From positions 15,606-79,605 of the forward strand of contig JBDRQC010000008.1 in the NCBI GenBank assembly GCA_043826505.1: 64,000 bases of DNA. Reading direction: 5' to 3'. Below, in pieces: positions 57,101 through 64,000 of the stretch. The position numbers and the translations under genes were made by a program. Every line of letters begins with the position of its first letter. The stretch's first letter is position 1. Source of the DNA: Chrysiogenia bacterium (GTDB lineage Bacteria > Acidobacteriota > Aminicenantia > UBA2199). A model generated the notes under the pieces. That model ran no database searches and was not told where the DNA came from. It was given only the letters and a program-made list of their open reading frames with translations.

Positions 57101-57230
57101 ATCCGTTTATGCCCAAAATCATGTGAAGGATTATTACAGCATATTCTTTGTCTTCGATATCATGAACAGCGGTCACTTGAAGAACACGGTGAAGAAACTG
57201 CAAAAAAAAGGCTTTTTGAGGTTGCTATGA
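54183..57230 (+). CDS. Large secreted hypothetical protein (1015 aa, no recognisable domain)
   Basis: Signal peptide MKKQIYFLLLAFSLTLFAFG. ATGA overlap with the downstream VWA gene. Confidence 0.7.
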   Translation: MKKQIYFLLLAFSLTLFAFGEMVLVPGEVNSLCYYDNFFYNLPEHDFLFYFNDALQYAEPPDDSVYNGGRRDKYLKLAERHRQVKEFVDAFGNKQNFTLSLSLNNEQGFDQAVKFMDLLGLKLKKASSGSLEIKPPGDEAQTNYYLFCRLKASSLEKQLNQTGKFFFKLPETAVPMPWDYGFLSAISGLDINADNFFEHLIANKRFSFLLSILFRLSKKEVDFIDRTLPKAPVSAWKSIYQDRKLLMGMLVLSKALRVRDGRLFIPGGDQARKFWSALVGIDPDRAPFDFLTRLSGMDHGKMNYLYVFSYFLPEETRRVMFFDYNQTKVRRLYQKISLGANERIKANSFPRLENFTYYSLMHVLKIKDGRIDLSPGLKSWSQAMDLELPAAADECDFLESLLAAAANNGKKISLLQKFMSVYSKFSGRQLIFNQNFLSKVFAEFESKSTLLDFVEKIPLKESASVDALFAWQESLQKLNSKERPLFSALGQSLLETIARAAGFSANQGDFDKVTRELLEIPLQRPAFYDGIFAFIKNQCRQRSFTQVSRESLFDFLLAGLKNQVVDIRGERFEWRVREMAAAELGEILNSQELCSLSALSDINAMLSELAEDPDRFSSQSGRRLLDAFEQLPYPAFSKAAPKNIRERVIAYDKSDLGRDVQALLKKIARKADRAEIKKAIDELKGNYLLPNLKDFFLSLAYALNAGNPKLRIFMNPNIARLHDFSENGGTPWSHNSSPGNKADFSGYYLQGGLSRLHLTFSLNWRNQLFEKSIYNAEQNMGMLYNIMALLPQPQASLSAAFDALLVEFAVELLQQCPGDEELKIAVGDAFMTQTCGYHYRRLNDFLSGHSADYYLFMSELRKIGLYLFNGEFQPDKFSKSAELGRYARLPLRAAIENESDLWGNIHYSFSGSLSPRADALLPQEVALLFASGWTAGELINEYRIKTAYLANKNDLPTCLLGQFVFDYINTVCKSVYAQNHVKDYYSIFFVFDIMNSGHLKNTVKKLQKKGFLRLL

Positions 57231-58375
57231 ACACAAAAAAATGGACCGTTCTGCTTCTGCTGTCGATCACTTTGATCGGCCGGGCTCCGGCCCAGAACAA
57301 GCCCGCCATCACCATCGTTTCGCCACATGGCGAGGAAATCTGGTTCGGAAAAATCTCTATAAAAATCAATGTGCAAAACCTGCCCCAGGATTGCCTGCAC
57401 GCCGTGGAAATCTATTTGGATGGACGTTTCATCAAGGAGTTCAAGCAGCCGCCCTATACGTTTCAGCACGATTTCGGCAACGTCCCGCAGAACGGCACCC
57501 TCAAGGCACTTCTGCGCGTGAACAATAACGTGGTCGATGGCGCCGAGATCAAGTCATTTGCCGTGGACGATACGCAGGAAGTTGATGTCACGCAGATCCT
57601 GGTTCCGGTGGTTGTCACCGACAGCCATGGCAATTACATCTCGAATCTGAAAAAAGAGGACTTTGTCCTGCTGGAAGGCAGCAAGCCGCAATTGATCAAT
57701 AATTTCAGCAAAAGCGGAAAAAACCATTTTCACCTGGCCCTGCTCATAGACATCAGTTCCTCGATGAAGGACAAAATCGGTGAGGTCAAGGAAGCGGCAA
57801 AGCAATTCCTGAAGCAGCTGCTGTCCAGGGATGACAAGGCCATCGTGGTTTTTTTCAACCATGAAGTCTTCGAAGACACGGAGTTCTCAAGCAACTTCAG
57901 CGAATTGTCCAATTCCATTTCCATGGCCTTCCCTTTCGGCGCCACGGCTCTGTACGACGCGGTCGGCTATTGCATCAAGTTGCTCAAGGGCATGCCCGGG
58001 CTGAACATCATCATCGTTTTTTCCGACGGCGAGGATAACAGCTCTTACCTGGATCCCTATACGCTGATCAAGAAGGCCGAAATGTCCAACACCATCATTT
58101 ACGCCATCGGCAATCGCACCGGCACCTATAACGATGAATACCAGGATATATTAAAAAAGCTCTCGACCACCTCGGGAGGCATGTTGTTTTTCATTGAGCA
58201 AAGCTCGGAAATTCATAAAATCTATGAATTGATACGCCGCGACATCAGGGCCGAATACATCCTGGAATTCTCTCCCAGCAAGACCGGCAAGGCCAGGCGC
58301 TACCGGCCGATTACCGTCAAGATAAAAAATCAGAAGAGATATATCGTCCGCACCATCAAGGGTTATTACTATTAG
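57227..58375 (+). CDS. VWA domain protein of the VWFA-related Acidobacterial-domain type
   Basis: Signal peptide, then an N-terminal beta module (LVPVVVTDSHGNYISNLKKEDFVLLEGSKPQLINNFS). The MIDAS motif is intact (LLIDISSSM). The C-terminus ends in VKIKNQKRYIVRTIKGYY. Confidence 0.8.
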   Translation: MNTKKWTVLLLLSITLIGRAPAQNKPAITIVSPHGEEIWFGKISIKINVQNLPQDCLHAVEIYLDGRFIKEFKQPPYTFQHDFGNVPQNGTLKALLRVNNNVVDGAEIKSFAVDDTQEVDVTQILVPVVVTDSHGNYISNLKKEDFVLLEGSKPQLINNFSKSGKNHFHLALLIDISSSMKDKIGEVKEAAKQFLKQLLSRDDKAIVVFFNHEVFEDTEFSSNFSELSNSISMAFPFGATALYDAVGYCIKLLKGMPGLNIIIVFSDGEDNSSYLDPYTLIKKAEMSNTIIYAIGNRTGTYNDEYQDILKKLSTTSGGMLFFIEQSSEIHKIYELIRRDIRAEYILEFSPSKTGKARRYRPITVKIKNQKRYIVRTIKGYYY

Positions 58376-58411
58376 TATGAATAAAGAGAATTGTCCGAGA
58401 GGAGGACGACT

Positions 58412-60004
58412 ATGAATTGCAAAAATGCATCATTAGCATTTCTTTTTTGCCTGGCGGCCCTTTCACCACTGGCCGGACAGAGCGAAGAACCGATCAAGGA
58501 AGCCGTATCTGTGGTGAACGTCGAAGTGCCGGTGCGCGTTTTTGCCAACGGCCAATCGGTCAGCGGTCTGGGCAAAGATGACTTTGAAATAAGCGAGGAC
58601 GGCAAGGCCCAGCGAATAAACGGCTTCTATTTTTTTCATAAGAAAATAAACTCCAGCCCCGCAGCTGCGGAAGGATCATCCCCGGCCCAGCCGCCCGCGG
58701 GCCGCTATTTTGTCCTGATCTTTCGAACCTATTCGAGTAACGAGGAACTTGAAAAAGGGCTCCTGTATCTTTTCGACAAAGTCCTGCGGCCCCAGGACCA
58801 GATTTTCGTCATGGCCAACAACCGCACACTGATGTTCGAACAGCTCGGGGCCGACGCGGGCGCCCAAGGGAAAATATTCGAATTGTTGCGCTCCGAGAGC
58901 CAGAACGCCCGCAACCAGATGCTTAATTTTGTGCGCAGCATCGAGCAGAGCCTCAACATGAACAAGTTTCGCATGGCCATAGGCGGCCGGGCCGCTCTAA
59001 GCGCGGATTACCTTACCAACTTTCTTGATTCCTATCTGCGGGCCTGGCAGGAATTCAAGCGCCGTTACCTGTCGCTGGAGATCGACAAATTCTATTACTT
59101 TTCCAGGCATCTGGAAAAGGTCAAAAAGGAAAAGTGGGTGTTGAATTTTTACCAGTTGGAGCAATTCCCCCAGATCGCCTTCGGCGGCGATATTGAAAGG
59201 CAGTTGCGCGACTACATAGGTTTGCTGGCCGCCGATAACAATCCAACCGTCAAGTCCCAGGGCCGCAACATCGAACGGCTGCTGCGTACCATCGACCGCG
59301 AAATGAATGTAGCCGAAAACTTTCCTGCCGAGGAAGTCAGCAAGCTTTTCTACAAGGTGAACGCCACGTTTCATTCTTTTTTCATGCGCGTGTTCCACGA
59401 TACCGACAGTTCTGAAACGCAGTTCCGCAGTGTCGCCACCGATATCGAGAACAGCCTGCGGGCGCTAACCGAAGCCACCGGGGGTACTTTGACCGCTTCC
59501 AATGATATCGACACGGCGCTGGCCAGTGTCAGCGAAAAGAACGACGATTACTACGTCCTGACCTATGAGCCGGCCAGCGCCAAAAAGATCGGCAAGATCA
59601 AGGTCCGGGTCAAGGGCAAGCGCTATGATGTTTTGTATGACAACAACATTCGCGCCGATTACATCAACGAATATCTGCGAAAAAAGGAACTGGAAACACC
59701 GAGCGTAAAGGTCTCGGAACTTTCCTTCAGCGCCAAAAAACTGGCTTTTGTCATCAGTGATTATTCCCTGGCCAAGATCCAGGGCGAGACATCCGGCATG
59801 CTTGGCGTGCGCATCCGCATCAGGGACGATCAGCAACGGAGCGTCTTTGATCAGAGCCGTAACCTGAAAGCCGACAAGAAAACGCTGTCGCTCAACCTGA
59901 GTTTCAGCTCCCTGGCCGCGGGTAAGTATGACATCATCATCGATGTCCTTGACCAGGTCAGCGGCAAGACCTGCACCGAGGTCATCCAGCCGTTGGTCAG
60001 GTAA
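58412..60004 (+). CDS. VWFA-related-domain paralog with degenerate MIDAS and an extra C-terminal beta domain
   Basis: GAGGAGG SD and a signal peptide. It has the same N-terminal module (VEVPVRVFANGQSVSGLGKDDFEISEDGKAQRINGF). The DxSxS position reads LIFRTYSSN. It also carries the family C-terminal pattern (YYVLTYEP...IKVRVKGKRYDVLY). Confidence 0.7.
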   Translation: MNCKNASLAFLFCLAALSPLAGQSEEPIKEAVSVVNVEVPVRVFANGQSVSGLGKDDFEISEDGKAQRINGFYFFHKKINSSPAAAEGSSPAQPPAGRYFVLIFRTYSSNEELEKGLLYLFDKVLRPQDQIFVMANNRTLMFEQLGADAGAQGKIFELLRSESQNARNQMLNFVRSIEQSLNMNKFRMAIGGRAALSADYLTNFLDSYLRAWQEFKRRYLSLEIDKFYYFSRHLEKVKKEKWVLNFYQLEQFPQIAFGGDIERQLRDYIGLLAADNNPTVKSQGRNIERLLRTIDREMNVAENFPAEEVSKLFYKVNATFHSFFMRVFHDTDSSETQFRSVATDIENSLRALTEATGGTLTASNDIDTALASVSEKNDDYYVLTYEPASAKKIGKIKVRVKGKRYDVLYDNNIRADYINEYLRKKELETPSVKVSELSFSAKKLAFVISDYSLAKIQGETSGMLGVRIRIRDDQQRSVFDQSRNLKADKKTLSLNLSFSSLAAGKYDIIIDVLDQVSGKTCTEVIQPLVR

Positions 60005-60100
60005 AGCCGGAGGCGCCCTGCGTTACGGAGATTGGTTTTTCCCGTTCCTTGTCATCTGTTGGCTAATCATGATATGATAAACTTTTAAAAAGGCGCCAAC

Positions 60101-60589
60101 ATGGACGAACACATAAAAGACGAGATTGCCAAGTTGAAAGAATATTTCCGCGGCCGCAAGGATTCCCTTGCCGGCCTGGAAGAACTGGCCGGCGCACCTA
60201 TCCAGCACCATTTCCCAGTCGATCTCTGGCAACTGTCAGACAGCGAACTGGACGGAGAAATGGGCAAGCGCCTGAGCTTTCTCAACGACGACATCGATTG
60301 CAGCCCCACTCCGGACATCACTTCCCACCGCCGTTTTATCGGAGCGGCGATCGTATTGTTCAAAAAAGTGATTTTTAAAATTTTCCGCCCCTACACCAAC
60401 ACCCTGTTCGTGCGCCAGAACCGATTCAACGATCAGCTGGTCGCTTTTCATCTGGCCACTTTTATCCGTTTGCGCCGCCTTGAGGAAAAAGTGCGCATCC
60501 TGGAAAGGCAGGAGCAGGAGCTCAGGGAACAGGTTGAGGACCAGCCGAGCGTCCAGGGATCCCCCACAGCGAAGCATGAAGCCGATTGA
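60101..60589 (+). CDS. Small hypothetical protein with C-terminal coiled coil, coupled to a glycosyltransferase
   Basis: 162-aa ORF that overlaps the GT4 start by 14 nt. Carries the segment SHRRFIGAAIVLFKKVIFKIFRPYTNTLFVRQNRFN. Confidence 0.55.
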   Translation: MDEHIKDEIAKLKEYFRGRKDSLAGLEELAGAPIQHHFPVDLWQLSDSELDGEMGKRLSFLNDDIDCSPTPDITSHRRFIGAAIVLFKKVIFKIFRPYTNTLFVRQNRFNDQLVAFHLATFIRLRRLEEKVRILERQEQELREQVEDQPSVQGSPTAKHEAD

Positions 60590-61898
60590 AGCCCGGATCG
60601 AGGAATTTTATCACCTTCTCGGCCGCAGAGACCCTGCAGCCGCATCACAGCTCCCCCCCCTGGCGCATGCCGTGGCCAGAAAATCCGGAGCGCAGGCTGC
60701 ATTCAACCTGCTGCAGCGCAGTGAGGTCGTTGCCGGCTGTCGCCAACCTCGTGTGGCCCTCTATGACCACACCCTGCACCTGATCGGCGGCGGCGAAAAA
60801 TACGGCTGCACCATGGCCGCAGCTCTGCAGGAAGAGTTTGACGTCACCCTGATCGCCCACCGGCCGGTCACCCTGGCCAAGCTCATGGAATGGTACGATC
60901 TCGATCTGTCGCGCTGCCGGGTCAAGATTCTGCCCCTTGATTTTTTTGATAAAAAAGACCCGGGCCTGATCAATCCGGACCTGGTTTCCGATCGCATTGA
61001 AAATCCTTTCCTGGCAGTCAGCCGTGAAAGCGGAAATTACGATTTTTTCATCAATAACAGCATGCTGGAAATGGTTTTCCCCCTGTCCAGCATTTCCCTG
61101 TTCGTCTGTCATTTTCCTGAACGCCAGAGAGGTTCGTATTTTTACGTGCAGCATTACCGGCATCTCATCTACAACAGCCGCTATACGGCCGAGTGGATCG
61201 AAAAAAAATGGCGTCTTTCCCCCAGCCATCATATTTACCCTCCCGTGGATATGGAACCGGCGCCAGGGCAAATGCTGGCCAAGGAAAACATCATCCTCTC
61301 CGTGGCCAGATTCGAAAGCGGCGGCAGCAAACAGCAGGCTGAAATGATCGCCGCTTTCGCACGCTTGCGGGCCAAGGCGCCCCGGGAATTGCAAAACTGG
61401 AAATTGATCCTTTGCGGCGGCAGCGCCACACCCAACCCTTATCTCGAAAAAATCAGGACGCTGCTGAAGGCCCAGCCCGACCTGCCGGTTGAATTGAAGA
61501 TCAATATCCCCTTGAGCGAATTGAAAGAACTGTATGCCCGCTCTGCCCTTTTCTGGCATTTTTGCGGCCTGCAGCAGAGCAATCCGGCCCACGTAGAGCA
61601 CTTCGGCATGTCAACCGTGGAAGCCATGCAGAACCAATGTTTGCCCATGGTTTTTGACGGCGGTGGCCAGCGTGAGATCGTGGAAAGCGGGATTTCCGGC
61701 TTCCGTTTTGCCAATATCAGGCAACTGCTGGACCTGACCTTGCAGCTGATCAGGGATCCCGGCCAGTGTCAACGGATCAGCAGGGCGGCGCAGCTGCGGG
61801 GCGGAAACTTCACCAGGGCCATCTTCGCCGGAAGGGTACGAGATCTCTTTGGACATTTGGCTGAAGAATATGCATCAGCCGCGCCGGCGCCAAGGTAA
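60576..61898 (+). CDS. Glycosyltransferase family 4 (GT-B, glycos_transf_1)
   Basis: C-terminal EHFGMSTVEAMQNQCLPMV...E motif (E-x7-E). The ATG at 60576 is preferred. Confidence 0.8.
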   Translation: MKPIEARIEEFYHLLGRRDPAAASQLPPLAHAVARKSGAQAAFNLLQRSEVVAGCRQPRVALYDHTLHLIGGGEKYGCTMAAALQEEFDVTLIAHRPVTLAKLMEWYDLDLSRCRVKILPLDFFDKKDPGLINPDLVSDRIENPFLAVSRESGNYDFFINNSMLEMVFPLSSISLFVCHFPERQRGSYFYVQHYRHLIYNSRYTAEWIEKKWRLSPSHHIYPPVDMEPAPGQMLAKENIILSVARFESGGSKQQAEMIAAFARLRAKAPRELQNWKLILCGGSATPNPYLEKIRTLLKAQPDLPVELKINIPLSELKELYARSALFWHFCGLQQSNPAHVEHFGMSTVEAMQNQCLPMVFDGGGQREIVESGISGFRFANIRQLLDLTLQLIRDPGQCQRISRAAQLRGGNFTRAIFAGRVRDLFGHLAEEYASAAPAPR

Positions 61899-61905
61899 AA
61901 CCAGC

Positions 61906-62919
61906 ATGGAAATCCTTGTTTCGATCGTCATCCTGACCAAGAATTCATTTGGCGTGGTCCAGCGGCTGGTGGCGGCTATCCAAGATCAGGAATTTCAACA
62001 CCCTTACGAGCTGATCTTCATGGATAACCAATCCAGCGACGACACAGTTGCTTATTTGCAGTCCATCCCCCATCTGCGCAAACGGATCATCCCGGTTGCC
62101 GAAGGGAGATTCAGCCACTCCGGCACACGCATGCAGGCGGCCCGGGAGGCGCAAGGGAAAATCGTGGTCTTTTTCACCGATGACATTGTGCCCATTGGCA
62201 GGGATTTTCTTGAGCGCTTGACCGCGCCGGTACTGTCGGGACAGGCGGCTGCCGCCTATGGCGTGTGGCAGATCAATCCGCAATGGCACGACCCGGTGGA
62301 TGCCTACCTGCACAACAACTGGTTCCGGGACCACGACGATTTTGTTGAGCCTATCCCCGCCTATTGCTGGGAAAAGTTTCCTCCTGAACTGCGCCGCCGC
62401 CTGAGTAATTTTGACAACTGCTCTTCCTGCCTTGACCGCGAAATCCTGCTCCGCCTGCAATTTCCCCCGGTACCCTACGGCGAAGACATGCTCTTTGCCA
62501 GGAAAATGATCCTGAACGGCCTGAGGGTAGCGCTGGTCAAAGAAGCCAAGTTCTTCCACTGGCACAAAGTGAAGCCTAGCTACATGTTTCGCCGCATGTG
62601 CATCGACTCCCATCTCAGCGTGCAGGAGTTCAATATTTACTATGTTTCCCGGCTGCGGGGCGTTATCAAAGCCATTTTTTTGCGCGTCTTACACCGCACC
62701 TTCATCGCTTTTTTCAAGATCAGGATGCCGTTATCAAAAAAAATATACTGGAGCTGGTACAACGCCCGCATACTGAGCGCTGATTTTTTCGGCAAGTTCG
62801 CCGGCATCCTGACCGCGGAAACCGCCGCCAAGGGCTTTTCGCCACTGAAGAAAAAATTGTTTCATGTCAAAACCAGGATCATTGATGAGATCACCAAAAG
62901 CAGCATCCTGCGTTATTAG
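61906..62919 (+). CDS. Glycosyltransferase family 2
   Basis: VSIVILTKNS...LIFMDNQSSDDT and a DD motif (FFTDDIV). Confidence 0.8.
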   Translation: MEILVSIVILTKNSFGVVQRLVAAIQDQEFQHPYELIFMDNQSSDDTVAYLQSIPHLRKRIIPVAEGRFSHSGTRMQAAREAQGKIVVFFTDDIVPIGRDFLERLTAPVLSGQAAAAYGVWQINPQWHDPVDAYLHNNWFRDHDDFVEPIPAYCWEKFPPELRRRLSNFDNCSSCLDREILLRLQFPPVPYGEDMLFARKMILNGLRVALVKEAKFFHWHKVKPSYMFRRMCIDSHLSVQEFNIYYVSRLRGVIKAIFLRVLHRTFIAFFKIRMPLSKKIYWSWYNARILSADFFGKFAGILTAETAAKGFSPLKKKLFHVKTRIIDEITKSSILRY

Positions 62920-62937
62920 AGAAGGATTCAGCGGCAA

Positions 62938-64000
62938 CTAAAGTTCTTTGGGCAGCCCGCAGTCATAGATCCATTGTTTTAATAGTATCAGCAGCTTTAC
63001 ATCTCCGCCGCTTAAGAAGCACAAAAATTCCTGAGCATCCATACTTTTTTTGCGGCACTCGCTCAGCATGCATCTTAACCTGCGGCACAGTTCCATTTCC
63101 CCGATCTTGTCGGCAAGCGCGACCAGCATTAACGTCGGTTTACCATAGACCAAGGCCTGGTAAACCTTGGGATCCCGATCACGCAGAAACAATTTGTAGC
63201 CTTCAGCCGGCGCTCCCAGATGGGCGTAACCATGCAACTGTCGTCGCAGCCCGGCTAGGGCCCTCCGGTATGCCTTCTCGCCTTTCCAGGCCCGCAAGCT
63301 GATCAAGCTGGAATATGTGGCCAAACCTTCCGTTATCCAGTTTTCAACAGGAGTTTTCCAGGAAATTAGCCCCCCCCACCACTGGTGGGCGATCTCATGG
63401 CTAAGCACATCGACCTTGGCGTCAATAAAAGACAAGGGTGAGTCCGAACGGATGTTCTTGCGTGTATGGAGTGAAAAACTCGTCCAGGAAGCGTCCACAT
63501 CGAGAACGATAAGACCGCTGTAACTGACGCCGCCGAAGTTGCGCCCGCGCCGGAAAAGAATGTTTAGTTCCGGTACGTCCAGCGCTCCGAATCGCTCTTG
63601 ATAAAAAGTGAGAATACGGACAATATCCTCTTTGGGATAATACCAGTTGTAATTGAAGAGCGGCCAACCGTGAAGCCGGACCGGGATCAGCGCATCAATG
63701 AGATCGATCTGGCTGAAACGGCCAAATACGAGCGACATGCCTTTGGCGCCGTCGTTGTCGAACACATATGTGCTCAATCCCGGTTGCAATCGGACCGAGC
63801 GCAGGATGCCGCTGCCCAGACAGTTCCACTCCCTGGGAACACTGATATTTAAAATGATGCTCCCAAAATCCATGCCGGTATGCGGATAGAAATCCTTGAC
63901 GCAGGAAAGAAAACGAAAGCGATCGAGCTGGATTTCGGAATTGGTGACAATTGCTTCAGATGACAGGGATTCAGGATTGCCGGCAGAAGCAAGCCGTCCG
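62938..64000 (-). CDS. M1 family metallopeptidase (aminopeptidase N-like), 5' end outside the window
   Basis: HEIAHQWWG zinc motif plus WITEGLATY. The reading frame upstream of the ORF-track Met stays open to position 64000 (checked by hand). Confidence 0.8.
   Translation of the reverse strand, partial: GRLASAGNPESLSSEAIVTNSEIQLDRFRFLSCVKDFYPHTGMDFGSIILNISVPREWNCLGSGILRSVRLQPGLSTYVFDNDGAKGMSLVFGRFSQIDLIDALIPVRLHGWPLFNYNWYYPKEDIVRILTFYQERFGALDVPELNILFRRGRNFGGVSYSGLIVLDVDASWTSFSLHTRKNIRSDSPLSFIDAKVDVLSHEIAHQWWGGLISWKTPVENWITEGLATYSSLISLRAWKGEKAYRRALAGLRRQLHGYAHLGAPAEGYKLFLRDRDPKVYQALVYGKPTLMLVALADKIGEMELCRRLRCMLSECRKKSMDAQEFLCFLSGGDVKLLILLKQWIYDCGLPKEL

Noticed and set aside
60645-61601. 318-aa ORF antisense to the GT4 glycosyltransferase.
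   Set aside because: Shadow ORF. The sense frame carries the GT4 E-x7-E motif.

Overview
This 64-kb window is a bacterial chromosomal region with about 58 protein-coding genes and 3 tRNAs. I found no rRNA, CRISPR array, transposase, integrase or phage genes.

The left two thirds are mostly tightly packed housekeeping genes:
- A cell-wall cluster: slt-like, ddl, ruvX, mltG, pgeF.
- parB-parA, der, ispF, a PIN/TRAM (YacL-like) protein and radA.
- An MlaFED-like MCE lipid transporter.
- The block dnaB-rplI-rpsR-rpsF-pth-L25-prs-tRNA(Gln)-ispE-LolB-like lipoprotein, then tRNA-Leu.
- A TetR-controlled TolC/MFP/RND efflux operon, tag and uvrB.

The right third is more accessory and is rich in secreted proteins:
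- An XRE regulator with a small membrane protein, and a second SLT-domain protein.
- DUF4416 with a TPR/beta-propeller-like protein, and a hybrid histidine kinase.
- nadK, tlyA and a YVTN-type beta-propeller protein.
- A protein that by eye matches the eukaryote-type (class 2) S-adenosylmethionine decarboxylase fold, next to a macro-domain protein.
- A PHP-domain hydrolase, a NahK-like kinase, tRNA-Lys and a BNR/Asp-box (sortilin-like) protein.
- A three-gene operon encoding a 1015-aa protein with no recognisable domain plus two VWFA-related Acidobacterial-domain-type proteins.
- Two glycosyltransferases and a partial M1 peptidase.

The VWFA-related domain proteins and the gene order suggest an Acidobacteriota-like lineage. 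That is inference only.

The best second-look candidates are:
- the class-2 AdoMetDC-like gene (47129-48352);
- the secreted 1015-aa/VWA/VWA-like operon (54183-60004);
- ispE having no in-frame stop codon before a same-strand tRNA-Gln;
- pth apparently starting at an ATT codon;
- an MCE protein with a long helical and beta-rich C-terminal extension;
- a small family of GGGG...CCCCTAC palindromic intergenic elements.

Everything was read by eye from the sequence and the ORF track. No searches or statistics were run. Start codons and all promoter and terminator calls are inferences.
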